This document shows positions 11,529-23,773 of a DNA stretch of 64,000 nt, in pieces. Positions within the stretch are counted from its first letter, which is position 1; every line of letters starts with the position of its first letter. Position numbers and translations under genes: made by a program. The notes under the pieces are model-generated. The model worked only from the letters and a program-made list of their open reading frames with translations, was not told the DNA's origin and did no database searches. Origin of the DNA: Heteronotia binoei (taxonomy: Eukaryota); the NCBI RefSeq assembly GCF_032191835.1, contig NC_083226.1, forward strand, positions 89,900,001 to 89,964,000. Reading direction: 5' to 3'.

Positions 11529-12160
11529 AATAGAATCATAGAATTGGAAGGTACCTCTAGGGTCATCTAGTCCAACCTCTTGCACAATTCAGGAACTTCA
11601 CAAATACCGCTCCCCCCCCCCCCCTAAATTTATAGGTTCTGCATTGCTGTCAGATGGCCATCTAGCCTCTGTTTAAAAACCTCCAAGGAAGGAGAGCCCA
11701 CCACCTCCCAAGGAATCCTGTTCCACTGTGAAACTGCTCTAACGGTCAGGAAGTTCTTCCTAATGTTGAGCCGGAAACTCTTTTGATTTAATTTCAACCT
11801 GTTGGTTCTTGTTCTACCTTCTGGGAAAACAGAAAACAATTTCGCACCATCCTCTATATGACAGCCCTTCAAGTACTTGAAGATGGTGATCATATTACCT
11901 CTCAGACGTCTCTTCTCCAGGCTAAACATGCTTTCTTCATAGGACTTGGTCTCCAGACCCCTCACCATCTTTGTTGCCCTCCTCTGGACCCATTCCAGCT
12001 TGTCTGTATCCTTCTTAAAATGTGGTGCCCAAAGCTGGACACAATACTCCAGGTGAGATCTTACCAGAGCAGAGTAAAACGATCCCGTCACTTCACGTGA
12101 CCTAAACACTATATTTCTGTTGATACAGCCCAAAATTGCATTTTCCTTTTTAGCTACCAG
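11529..12160 (-). mobile_element. Second CR1 3' fragment (different subfamily, ATTCTATG tail)
   Basis: ATAGAATCATAGAAT tail; ORF LVRSHLEYCVQLWAPHFKKD...FSLEKRRLRG...FLTVRAV. Confidence 0.93.
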
Positions 12161-13399
12161 TGCCTGCAGGCTGCAGCAGGGGGTGCGGGAAGCGGGGTGA
12201 GTGCTCCAATTCTGAAATAATTTGTGAGGGGGCCCCCAAGATTTTGACTGCCTAGGGGCCTCCACAGGGTTTAATCCAGCCCTCGGGAGGGGTCCAGATC
12301 TCATCACAGTAATAAGAACAATTTTCTTTCATTCTTTTAGAAAGAAGTGTACTGGTTTCCTTTCAGTCATGTCAAATATTTCCTAACAGGTACCATGATG
12401 ACAGAGGGGAGAAAAAGAATTTGATAGCTTTGCAACACACTACAAGGAATTCTGACAGAACAACTGGAACCTGAGCCTTCAACAACAAACTTCAAATTTA
12501 AGTAAATATTACATTGGGATTACTAGTTATTTCTGATAGATTTGGGCTGCAGTTTATCTTTTTTTCCATTTACAGAAAATCTGCTATTGGATGAGAGAAT
12601 TTTTCATAAACATGCTTTAGAACACAATGTATTCATTTTAATGTATGATCAAAATTGAAAAATCCCTATGAAATTTCTCTCCCCTCCCCCCCCCAAAAAA
12701 TCAGACAACTTCAAATATCATTTTGGGAGATATATCAGTTTTTAATTTAGCAGTCATGTGTAATATTTTTTGGTTCTAAATGTGATCTTGTTTTGAAGGT
12801 CTTTAGTACACATTTCCATGCCAGTTATTATATAAATATGTATTTTATGCTACTACGAGTGAAACAGGAATCCTGTGACACTTCAAAGATTAACACAAAT
12901 GTATTTCAGCATAAGCTTTAATGAGTCAAAGATAATGTAATCTGATGCATCTGACTCGCAAAATTTCTTTGTTAATCTTTAGGTTTCCATTGGAATACTG
13001 TTTTATTTTTCTGCTGCTGCCTAATAGTGGTCTGCATTCAGATATATCTGAGCTGAAATTAAACTCAAAGTTTCCCAATATGACCCCAAACAATTCAAAA
13101 TTTTGAGAGTAACAATAATTTACTTCTCAGAATTTCAGGAGTTTTTCAGGATTGGGGGAGATGCAGGAGGGAGAGAAGTCTGGCTCCTATCTGTTCAACA
13201 GTGTGCAGTCCCTTTAAACTTTAAAGAGCCATTATTTTCTATTAACAGATCTGGCATCCCAACTCAGGAAGCCAGGTCTACCACTATTGAAAAGAATGAC
13301 TTTAAAATTTTAAAGGAGAATGCATCACTGTGATTGTGACCCACTGGTCTTTGGCTCCAATCACACCTTAGTTGTAACAGGAAGGTATTCATTTAAAAT

Positions 13400-14755
13400 G
13401 GGTGGGGAATGTCTGGCCCGAGGGCTGTTTATGGCCCTCAAGATCACTTGGTCTGGCCCTTGGGGATAGCTGGGCCAAGCCAAGCAATGTGGTCACCTCC
13501 TTGGGGCCCGGCTGGCCAGCGAGGATCATGGGGCCCAGCCACACAGTACAGTGGCCTCCCTGGGGCCCGGCTGGCTGGCAGAGATTGCAGGGCCCAGCTG
13601 CACTGCATGGCAGCCTCCCTGGGGCCTGGCTGGCTGGCCAGGATTGCTGTGGGGCCTGGAAAAGTCACTGTCACAGTTCAGGTAAGTTTCCCCCTCATTT
13701 TTTTTATTTCCCTTTCTTTCAATTTCTTTCCCCCATTTCTTTGTTTCTTAATTCTCCTTTCTTTCCCCCTTTCTTTCAATTTCTTCTCTCAATCTCTTTA
13801 TTTCCATTTCTTCTCCTTTCTTCCCCCCTTTCTTAATTTCCTTTCTTTCCATTACTTCCCTACATTTCTTTATTACCCTTTCTTCTCCCATTTATTTCTC
13901 TTTCTTTCCCTTTCTTTCAGTTTCTTTCCTCCATTTTTTATTTCCCTTTTTCCTTCTTCCCCCTTTCTTTCTTTTCCTTTCTTTCCATTTCTTCTTCCAT
14001 TTATTTCCATTTCTTTCAATTTCTTCCCCCTTTCTTTATTTTCCTTTCTTCCCCCATTTCATTTATTCTCTTTTTCTCCCCCATTTCTTTTTCCCTGTTT
14101 ATTTCCTTTTCCGCCCTCCATTTCTTTATTTTCCTTTATTACCCTTTCTTCCCTACATTTCATTTCCCTTTCTTCCCCCATTTCTTTATTTCCCTTTCTT
14201 TCCCTTTCTACTCCCTCCCTTCCTTCTTTCCTTCTTCCCTTCCTTTCTCTCTCTCTTTCTCTCTGTGGAGCCTGAATGGTAGGCATTGTGAAGGACTGCT
14301 GCTGGGGTAGTGGGTGCTTTTAAAGGTCTGCTGGGAGCAGCTGCAGTTTTTGCATGATGGGAGGGAGGAGTGGCAGGGGTGGGGGGTGGGAGCCAGCTAC
14401 CACCAGTTCAATTTGCACTTGATTATCCCAGATGGTTTGCCCTAATATGCTAATGCGTGTGTGATCTAACATGCTAATATTAGGGGATGTGGTCTAATAT
14501 GCTAATGAGTTTCTGCTGGACTTCATCTACAAAAAAAGCCCTGGACCTAGGCATTTGCCTAAGGCGGTGACCAGGTGTGTGTGTGTGCCAAATTAGGCTG
14601 TCCCCAAATGACTTCAAATAGAAAAACAATTATTTGCATTAATTTTGCTGGACTAAATCATTCTCCCTTGGCAGAGCTCTGTTTTTTAAGTTGATAATTT
14701 TGTATGGCCTGCAAATGATGTTATAAATATGCAAATGGCCCTTGGCAGAAAAACG
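13400..14755. mobile_element. Probable hAT-type non-autonomous element with GC-rich tandem units and a polypyrimidine tract
   Basis: Start GGGTGGGGAATGTCTGGCCCGAGGGC resembles Charlie-type ends; repeated GGGGCCCGGCTGGC units at 13500-13660; ends degraded and no TSD seen. Confidence 0.4.
13690..14265 (+). repeat. ~575-bp polypyrimidine (T/C) low-complexity tract
   Basis: Almost no G; recurrent TTTCTTTCCCCCATTTCTTTATT-like motifs. Confidence 0.95.
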
Positions 14756-15034
14756 ATTTAAAATGATTTAAAAGCATTACCAAGAACCTGTCCTTACTGT
14801 CACAGAGCTGACATTGAAGTACTATCTTTGCTGTATGATCTATGGAGGTTCCTTCACCACTGCAAATTACCACTTGATGCTGTGTTCATCAAGATGTGAG
14901 CATGTTGGAATAAGCCATTGGATATCCTGGTAGTTTTTATTAGGAAAATGTTTCCTTGCTGATATCAGTGCCTTTCAGAGGCTATTGCACCATCTTCTAA
15001 TTATGACTTCAAGAGGATTGTGAATAGCTGCAAT

Positions 15035-15314
15035 GAGAGCCAGTTTGGTGTAGTGGTAAAGTGCATAAACTCTTATCTGGGATAACTGGGTTAGATTCCT
15101 CATTCCACCACCTGCAGCTGCTGGAATGGTCTTGGGTCAGCCATAGCTCTCGCAGAGTTGTCCTTGAAAGGGCAGCTTCTGTGAGAGCTCTTTCAGCCCT
15201 ACCTACTTCTGTTGTGGGGGAGGAAGGTAAAAGAGATTGCAGGTCGTTCTGAGACTCTGAGATTCCAAGTGAAGGGCGGGGTATAAATCCAATAACACCT
15301 TCTTCTATCTTCTT
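15035..15314 (+). mobile_element. tRNA-derived MIR/Ther1-like SINE (Squam3-like)
   Basis: GAGCCAGTTTGGTGTAGTGG head (A box), GGTTAGATTCC (B box) and a CTT-repeat tail. Confidence 0.88.
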
Positions 15315-15336
15315 CACTGTCCTTCAAGAGCTGTAA

Positions 15337-15558
15337 AAGCCAGTGTGGTATAGTGGTTATGTGAGGCAAACTCTAATCTGGAGACCTGGGATGAATCTTG
15401 TAGACTGGGTAACCTTGGGCCATTCACTGTTCTCTCAGAACTCTCTCAGACCCACCTACCTCACGGTGCCTGATGAGGGGAGAGGAAGGGAAGGCAATTA
15501 TAAACTGCTTTGAGATTCCTTAAGGTAGAGAAAAATGAGGTATCAAAACCTACTCTTC
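15337..15558 (+). mobile_element. Older SINE of the same superfamily, tandem to the previous one
   Basis: AGCCAGTGTGGTATAGTGGTT head; CCCACCTACCTCAC...GGGGAGAGGAAGGGAAGG body. Confidence 0.75.
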
Positions 15559-16329
15559 AACTTGAGGGAGAATTTTGACTGAAGAAATAGCATGGACCCC
15601 CCACCCCCCCGGGTTTATTAACATTAATGTGTAGTTCAGTCATAACTTAATAATGAATTGGGCAACTCCAGGTCTTAGAAAGACATTCATGTTTTTCATA
15701 GGGAGGATGGCAGGCAGCAATTTCAATTGTTTCTGTTTCATCAATAATAAAAGTAGGATTAAATATAGGCTAATGAAGTCTGCATTTCTGGCTTTATTTT
15801 GATGAAAACTGGTCTCCTGTGAACATACAAAGAGGTCATCTAGTCCACGTTTATAAATAACCTTGGTGGATTACTTTGTCTATTAAGTGGGTTATACTCC
15901 TGCTTCATATAATCATTGCTGCCCTGAGTTATTGTGTTTAGATCTTGCATATTAAGGCTGCAAAATGGAAAGTTTTAAGCTAATATCTTTAATATTAGAG
16001 CCTTAAGCAACATATTTTATAGTTTCTATAATTTCTCAATCTGGATAGAATAGGTGAGTAGGTTTAGTCTAGTAGGCATTGGTTTATAATAACCTATTCA
16101 ATTTTTAATCTGAGTAATTATGAAGAAAAAAGGAAACACATGGATTCTTCTGAAAACCATTCTTAATTTATTTTCAACTGATCTGGGTGAACAATACAGT
16201 GGCCAAGACTGCAGACAACACCTAATAATTCAGCACTGTACGCAATGCATATTTGGATCAGACTTTGAATTTCAGATGGTGCTCTTGGTTTAAAGAGCAT
16301 GTCTGAAAGTGCCCATAGTATACACTGTT

Positions 16330-17372
16330 GAGGTCTGAACAAGCTATGAACTGACCAGGAAAGGGATCTTGGGTTTGTGGTGGGTAGCTTAATGAAAATG
16401 ACCCATTGTGCAGTGGTAGCAGCATGGAATAACAACAAAGTCCACTTTAGGGGATATTAAAGAAGGATAACAAATAAAATGACCAGTATTTGGCAGTAGC
16501 TAAAAAGGCAAATGCAATTTGGGGCTATATCAAGATAAATATAGTGTCCAGATCACTTGAAGTGATGGTATTGCTTTACTCTTCTGTGGTTAGACCTCAC
16601 CTAGAGTATTATAATATAGTGCATTCAATGCAAGGAAGAGGTGAGCTGGTAGTGATCATAGCTTTTTATTGCAATACACCATAATATAGGGCTGCACTCT
16701 AAGAATGGCTAACTGGGCCCACAGGGCCAACTATATACAACTCAGGGTTTCCATGCAAGCACATTATTGGATTATTCAAACCCCCAGGGGACCCGTGATT
16801 GAAGCAGAGCAGCAGGGATTTGGATCCTGCTGCCCATTGTTCCCAAGTCCCCAAGCTTAGTCCTTCTGGCTCCAATGAGCCTGGCAGGAACACCCATATC
16901 AGTCTTCACTTCGGTTCACATACATAACAAGTATTGTGTTCATTTTTGGACACCATAATTTAAGAAGGATATAGACAAGCTGGAATGTGTCCAGAGGATG
17001 GCAATAAAGATGGTAAGGGGTCTGTAGACCAAGTCCTATGAAGAAAGATTGAAGGAGCTGAGTATGTTTAGCCTGGAAAGGAGGCGACTGAGAGGTGATA
17101 TGATCATCATCTTCAAGTACATGAAAGGCTGTCATCTAGAGGATGGTGCTGAGTTGTTTTTTGTAGCCTCAGAAGGTAGGACCAGAACCAATGGGTTGAA
17201 ATTAAATCAGATGAGTTTTCAGTTAAACATTAAGAGGAACTTTCTGACAGAGCAGTTCCTCAGTGGAACAGGCTTCCTTGGGATATGGTGGGGAGAGCAG
17301 GGGCAGGTACTTGTGATTTTTTTTGCATTATATAGGGGGTTGGGTTGGTCCTTTCCAGCTCTATGATTCTAT
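16330..17372 (+). mobile_element. Degraded CR1 3' fragment interrupted by a solo LTR
   Basis: VRPHLEY|CV..W frame rejoined across the insertion; KELSMFSLERRRLRGDMI; ends CTATGATTCTAT. Confidence 0.85.
16610..16929 (-). mobile_element. Solo LTR (320 bp) with 5-bp TSD AGTAT
   Basis: AGTAT at 16605-16609 and 16930-16934. The minus strand starts TGTTAT, has AATAAA near its 3' end and ends TATTATA (TG...CA with one change). Confidence 0.7.
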
Positions 17373-17442
17373 TGTAGTGCCCTTGTACAGATCTATGATA
17401 CAATAATATGTGCAATACTGTTTACTGTTCTGGTTACTTTAC

Positions 17443-17496
17443 CTTGAAAAAGACATCGCAGAGACGGAAACATGATAGAAGAGGGCCAGTTTCATT
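17443..17496 (-). CDS. Candidate host exon (54 nt; NETGPLLSCFRLCDVFFK if phase 0), gene unidentified
   Basis: CTGTAG acceptor and AAG|GTAAAG donor in unique sequence; no homology recognised. Confidence 0.3.
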
Positions 17497-17549
17497 CTAC
17501 AGATTATTATGAAAGCGATTGGATGCAAAAGCCAGAAATGTGCTTGTAT

Positions 17550-18115
17550 ATGTATAGAACTATGGTGCAGCCTCATTTGGAATATCATGTATGGTTCTGA
17601 TCACAGTATCTAAAAAAAAAAAAAAAGATGGAAAAGGTATAGAACAGTGCAAATAAAACAATCCAAAGACTGGGACGCTTTCCCAACAAGGATGAGATTT
17701 GGGCTTGGTAGTTACAGAGAAGGTGTGGAGGGTGATTATAATAGAATCTTATAAAATTAGGCATGGAATAAAGAAAGTAGAAGACATTTTTTTCTTTGTC
17801 TTCCATAATGCCAGAACTTGTGAGTATCCAATAAAGTTTTTGGGTCATAGATTCTGGAAATAGGTCCTCATTTAAAGAGTAATTAACGTGGATTTTTCAG
17901 GAGATAGTGATAGCCACTAGTTGGCAATAAAAGGGAGTTAGACAAATTGATATAGGATAGGTCCATCAATAGCTTTTAGCGTCTGAAAACCAGTATTGGG
18001 TAACATGACCAGAAGGAAGTAGGATCTCTGTGCCCTCTCTGGTGGTTTCCAGGAAGATCTGGTTGGCCACTGTATGAAACAGAATGCTGGATTAGGGAGC
18101 CATTGATCTGATTCA
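17550..18115 (+). mobile_element. Highly degraded CR1 3' remnant
   Basis: YRTMVQPHLEY-like frame; CR1-like 3' UTR (CAGAATGCTGGATTAG...CTGATTCAAC). Confidence 0.55.
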
Positions 18116-18207
18116 ACACAGTAGCTCTACTGTACTTGGAACAATTTATTTTCAAAGCCCAATTTTCAAGGACTTAGGTTCTGTGATATAAGAAATATAT
18201 TTTTGCC

Positions 18208-18320
18208 ATTTGTTGTTGTTGTTCAGTTACACAATTGAGTCCAACTCTTTGTGACCCCACGGACAAAGTCACACCAGGCCCTCCTGTCTTCCACCATCTT
18301 CCGAAGTCTGCTCAAAATTT
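18208..18320 (-). mobile_element. Bov-B/RTE 3' end fragment
   Basis: (CAA)n tail and CCAGGCCCTCCTGTCTTCCACCATC shared with the Bov-B copy at 42213. Confidence 0.75.
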
Positions 18321-18671
18321 TGCCATAGCGGGGGGAAGGGGGGAGTGAACTACATGTGAACATTGCTGAAGTCTTTCCTTGTCAAAGTCCACTTGCATAA
18401 TGAAAGGATCTTTACATTCAAAGCTTCATCAGGCTCTGAAGGCAGATCCTCCAATATGAAAATTCAATTGTTTTCATCAAAGCTTAACTTCTTGACACCA
18501 GGTCACTGATCTTATGAAAAAAAAACCCACTAAGAAAATGTCCTAATGTCAAAAGCTCTATTTTTGCAGAAGCACAAATCAGAAACAAGGCCTCTTGACT
18601 TCCAGCAGCCAGTCACTGGTGTGCAAAAAACATTACTTTTGACAATTGTCATGCTTAGAGGTACCACTTCT

Positions 18672-18942
18672 TAGAGCCAGTTTGGTGTAGTGGTTAAGTG
18701 TGCAGACTCGTATCTGGAAGAATAGGGTTTGATTCCCCACTCCTCCACTTACAGCTGCTGGAATGGCCTTGGGTTAGCCATAGCTATCACAGGAATTGTC
18801 CTTGAAAGGGCAGCTACTGTGAGAGCCCTCTCAGCCCCATCCACCTCACAGGGTGTCTGTTGTGTGTGTGTGGGGGGAGAAGATATAGGAGTCTTTGATT
18901 CAGAGAGAAGGGTGGGGTATAAATCTGCAATCATCTTCTTTT
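18672..18942 (+). mobile_element. tRNA-derived MIR/Ther1-like SINE (Squam3-like)
   Basis: Full-length match to the 22506-22797 copy. Confidence 0.9.
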
Positions 18943-19586
18943 TCACTTACACTTTCCCCAGCCACTGCCTTTTACCTTCCATCTCAGAAACTGCTAAGTA
19001 TAGCATGCTGTTTGCATACTGTTGTCTTCTGCTGGTGCACAAATCTATCTGAGCTTCAAAAAACACTTGCATGTTATTCCCAATAAATAGCAAGCCTCCT
19101 GAAATTTAAATAATGGCTCAATGCTGCTTTTTAATGGTGTTCTCTGATTAGCATTTGGAAGAAGAAATCATCATTAGAAATAAGATGCATTCTCTGGATA
19201 CTTGCTTTGTCAGGTAGCCCTCTAATAGCCCTGGAACTTCTTTTTGCACTTTAAAACAGCTGGTTGTGTCTTTAGTAAACAATTGGGCCATCTTTGATTT
19301 TAATCACAGTTTCAATAGGTTTAATTGAAACATATGTTTATAATATCGGTTTTATACTTACCATCTAGCTTTAATCCAGTACAAATATAAATATAAAGTT
19401 CAATTAAAATACTCTCTGGAATCTTGCTAAAATGACAATGGTAACGGTACTTTCTAAAAAAAATTTCCCTAGCATCTATAACACCACTGAGGAAAAAGTT
19501 CCTGTTTCCTTTATACCAATGGTCAGGCTCTATTTCTACTAGATATGTGTCTGTAACGCCACATGACTGTGATGTGATGTTACTAC

Positions 19587-19679
19587 TTGTCTTATGTTTG
19601 CATTCAGCATACCCCATGTTGCTGCCTTGGTCTTAGAGGCGGGTTCTGGCCTCGGGTATGGAAAATTTAAAGACCTAGT
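19587..19679 (-). CDS. Candidate host exon (93 nt; TRSLNFPYPRPEPASKTKAATWGMLNANIRQ), gene unidentified
   Basis: TTCTCTAG acceptor, open phase-0 frame, weak GTAGTA donor. Confidence 0.2.
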
Positions 19680-21760
19680 CTAGAGAACCAGCATCTAGAA
19701 AATATGAAATTCAATCAATGGAGGATCACCTCAAAAATATTGACAACGGTATTTCCTATAGCAGCCCCCAGTTGATGATTTCTCTCCTCAAACTAGCTGA
19801 CTGAAGCAGTTTTTATTTTTTTAAACTTTTTCATTTTTCACTTTTGATTACATATCCTGCTTGGCCAAAGAATGGTGCCCACCCTATATAATGTGTCCCT
19901 GGCACCAGCTGGCATCACACTCTCACTAGGTTCTATTTCAAAGAAAAGGAAAATAAGTGAAGGCTGTGTGTGTGTGTGAGAGAGAGAGAGCATTTTAGAA
20001 CTGAAGATGGTATATTAGATTGTTCTTTTGCCCTCTGTATAAGGATTACCAGTTGCATATTTCATCCATTCTCTCATTCAATAGCTGCTATTCTCCCATT
20101 AGATGTGGATAATTTTTTCTTAAAAAGAACAATGACTATTTAAAAATTGTAAGTATATATTTGTTAATAATTGAGAGTGCACATCTTATATTATGAAAGG
20201 AGACTCAATTTGAAAGTAAGCCGTACTTGGATAAGACACTTCATCTCCTTATTCATTTATAGATCAAAGATAGTTTATTCCTTGACCATCTTGAATTTGC
20301 ATCAGGTCATCCAAATTGCCCTTTTTTCAGGTATTTTAATAAGAAGAAAAGAGACTTTGAAGTTGGTGAAAAGATAGAGATTAAATGTAAATTATTATAA
20401 ACGAGGATCAGAATAATAAAATGACATTTTCCCTTCATTGCCTTCTCTGGGCTGGTGAATGATAAGTGAGGTTAAAAAAGAATATTTCCTAAAATATACT
20501 TTTTGCCCTTGTTTGATATTCTCAGTGCTATGGTATTATCTATTGGGAAAGACTTCCTCCAGCAGCCTTCAGGGAAGTATTCTTCGTTTTTAAAAAAAGT
20601 CTTTTATTTCATTCTGCCAAAGAAATGAAGCAATTTGATATGATCCTTTTATCCCACTGAAAGGGCATAACTTCTTTATTTTCAAGGTTGTGCATTTTTT
20701 AAAAAAACCCTGTAAAACATACTTTGGTATTGAAGCCATAATTATATGTACTTGTCAATCATTCTTAACCTACTGTGGTATGGCTGTGGCATTTTATCTA
20801 AAAAGAGAAGGATTAAAGGCTTTGAGTGAAATGAAAGGTACATATAGTAAAGAAAGTATAATGCTTGTTATTAGAATTCTGGTGATGGAGAAAGAAACAA
20901 GGGGAAGCCGGCGATTACCAATATTTGATTTTTCACAGGCTTTAAAGAATTATGTATGGATAGTTATCTGCAGAAAGTGCAATAGATAGAAATTTCTCAG
21001 ATCCCTTTGTTCTCCTTGCAAAGATTATCAAAAAGAACAATTCTAAACAGGTTTACTCAGAATCATACTCAGTTTTATTCAGTGGAGCTTACTCTCAGAA
21101 AAATATTCTAAGGTTTGCATTGAGCATTTCCTGCATACAAGTACCATATATGTATTAAAAGTCCAGCAATGTTTATACCTAACATTCATACAGACACACA
21201 GACATGGAGGGAGCAGAATGTGTGTATGTTTATACACACACAATCTGAGTTTAATAACAGAGTCCATTTAATTTATACATGGGTTTCTATTCTCATTCTA
21301 AACTTCTTCATATATTATTACACTCACCAACTATTTTAAAATCAGTATATTTAGATTGTTTTTCTGCCTCCCTGATGGTGCTGGCTAGGGATGCGTGTAA
21401 ACTAGTTGACAAACCAAACTTCATCACAAGCCTGTTCAGGGTTCGTGAACTGGAGTTCATGAGCTGAAGACTAGGATGAGTTCTGAAGGAATTGGTGCAA
21501 TTTGTGCTGGCTTGTGATGGTTCATGAAGAACAGAAAGCAGGGGTTTATCCCTGCTTTCTGCTGTTCATGAGAATCCCTCCACCACTCAGCTATTAAATG
21601 GCTCAGACCCCACAGCTTTTTGCTTGGAGGTGTACACAATAGTAAAATTAAAAACATAGGGCCTAAAGATCAGGCTGCATTAAGAGTCAGAGCAAGCTTG
21701 ACACAAGCTGTGATAATTTTGCAAACACGGTTAATGAACATGTCAAAGGACCAACAAGAC

Positions 21761-21942
21761 CAGGGCTTTTTTTGTAGCAGGAATTCCTTTGTATATTAGG
21801 CCACACACCTCCTGATGTAGCCAATTCTCCTGGAGCTTACAGTAGGCCCTGTACTAAGAGCTCTGTAAGCTCATGGAGGATTGACTACATCAGGAGTTTG
21901 TGGCCTAATATGAAAGGAATTCCTGCTACAAAAGAAGTGCTG
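21761..21942. mobile_element. Palindromic hAT MITE
   Basis: Long terminal inverted repeats (CAGGGCTTTTTTTGTAGCAGGAATTCC.../...GGAATTCCTGCTACAAAAGAAGTGCTG); flanks AACAAGAC/AACAAGGC (7/8 TSD). Confidence 0.85.
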
Positions 21943-22505
21943 AACAAGGCCATGCAGGTTTTGGCCTCAAAAGCTTTCCTCAGTGGTCAGTAATGTACAC
22001 TTTTACAAAAAAAAACCCCACACGCATCCATTATACACACACACATATTTTGAACAGAATATATACGCACACATACAGAATACACACACACATATTCTGA
22101 CCAGATGTTGTTATCTCATATATTGTGTGGTATAATGTAAGTTTATAAATCCCTTCACATGATCCCTTCAGCACTCACACAACACTTCATTGATGTTATA
22201 ATCTGGTATAAAATTTCCAGTAGTTATGGATGTGCATGTCATCAACCTGTAATTGAAATCAAATTACTCTGAGCCATTTAAACCACTGCTGCTCCCTGCA
22301 GCTATCAACTGAATGCATAATGTAGGGGTTCAAATGACCCTGCTTTCTGCTTCCCATGAAAAGCTGTGGGGAGCAGAAAGGAGGGTTTAAATGGAAGGCG
22401 TGATGTGTCTTCTCTGGCTGTGGCTCACTATAGCCACATCACAGGAGATTCCCCCCTTTCTGCTAGATGCTATTTTTGGGGGGGGCTGTTTTCTGCAGTC
22501 ATTTT

Positions 22506-22797
22506 AGAAGAAGAAGAAGAAGATGAAGAAGATATTGGATTTATATCCCGCCCTCCACTCCGAAGAGTCTCAGAGCACTCACAATCTCCTTTACCTTCCT
22601 CCCCCACAACAGACACCCTGTGAGGTGGGTGGGGCTGGAGAGGGCTCTCACAGCAGCTGCCCTTTCAAGGACAACCTCTGCCAGGGCTATGGCTGACCCA
22701 AGGCCATTCCAGCAGGTGCAAGTGGAGGAGTGGGGAATCAAACCCGGTTCTCCCAGATAAGAGTCCGCACACTTAACCACTACACCAAACTGGCTCT
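22506..22797 (-). mobile_element. Young full-length tRNA-derived MIR/Ther1-like SINE (Squam3-like)
   Basis: Intact A/B boxes (TGGTGTAGTGGTT, GGTTTGATTCC), retained CpGs and a (CTT)n tail. Confidence 0.92.
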
Positions 22798-23229
22798 TTC
22801 TTTTAACGTTTAAAGGGACTGCACAAGATAGCCCAGAACTGCTGTGTGGTTGGGAGTGCCTGCCTACCACACAGCTTTTATCATGCTGTTTTGCAGTTCT
22901 TTTAAACTTTAAAGGGATTGCACAAGGCAGCCTCAAACCACTGAGTGGTGGGCAGCAGCTTACAGTTCAGTTGTTTTTCAAACTTTCTTCAAGCCCCTTT
23001 TAAAGGGACTATGGTTCCTTTCAATAGGGTTTGCAAGGCTACAACCACACAAACCAGTTTGGTTCAGAAACAAGTCTCCCAGTTCAGTTTGAGGCTCAGT
23101 TCGTGGTTCAACTGTATTTTCCCAGTTTGTGCTCATCCTTAATTCTGGCATAGAAAACCATAATATTATCTCTTTTCTTCCGTGATCATAGGCAAAATAG
23201 GGGAAGGCAGCTATCAGACACCTCTGATA

Positions 23230-23422
23230 CAATACTGCCTCTAAGCTATGGAGTCTTTTGAGCAAAAATTCTACTTTTGTGAGCTACTGGCATTAAAGTT
23301 GTGAGCTACTGCATAAATTAGTTTGTACTGGGGACATTTTTCCTGAGCTAAGATAAAAACGTATGAGCCAGAGGCTAAAAAACTGAGCTAGTTCACACAA
23401 ACTCAGCTTAGATGGAACACTG
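23230..23422. mobile_element. Small non-autonomous DNA transposon (hAT-like)
   Basis: Right end AGCTTAGATGGAACACTG is inverted to a degraded left end (CTGCCTCTAAGCT). Confidence 0.5.
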
Positions 23423-23773
23423 CTCTGATGTCTGAGTCTATTTCTTTACTTCATCCCACTCATCTTTATTTATTATTTTATTATGTGAAAGGGAGGGAAC
23501 AGAATTAGGCTTGATAGAACAGAATCTAAACAACTGCAGTTGTACATGTGTGGGCATCTACATGTTGTGTCTGGATCTATGTGATCTAGAACCATAGATT
23601 TCCAGGGGTACAAACAACATGATGAAGTCCTATTGTAGCCCCCACATTTACCGGCCTGGGGTGGGGAATTAGTAGCCCCAACCCTCAATTTTCAACCCAC
23701 AAGGAACTGAGGAATGGAGAAAAAAATGGCCTCCGCATAGCAAATAGCATAGAGACTGTCGGCTGCTTACACA

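Larger units (their letters stand above)
768..12284. mobile_element. hAT-type MITE whose two ends (768-~1200 and ~12160-12284) enclose ~11 kb of nested insertions
   Basis: Left TIR CAGAGCTGGATTAA (768) and right TIR TTAATCCAGCCCTC (12271-12284). Flanks GAGAGGGG (760-767) and GGGAGGGG (12285-12292) match 7/8, like an 8-bp hAT TSD. Both ends carry TGCCTAGGG subterminal motifs. Confidence 0.6.

Noticed and set aside
13402-14286. Long ORFs 13402-13836, 13409-14275 and 14059-14286
   Set aside because: Products are F/S/L/P-rich or R/E/K-rich translations of the polypyrimidine tract; low-complexity artefacts.
20875-20953. Plus-strand exon candidate ILVMEKETRGSRRLPIFDFSQALKNY (also 62470-62515 and 53858-53923)
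   Set aside because: Weak acceptors, no recognised homology and no consistent chain with neighbouring candidates.
22740-22797. tRNA-like heads as tRNA genes (also 15035, 18672, 60991)
   Set aside because: Each continues into a SINE body and tail, and no complete cloverleaf is evident.
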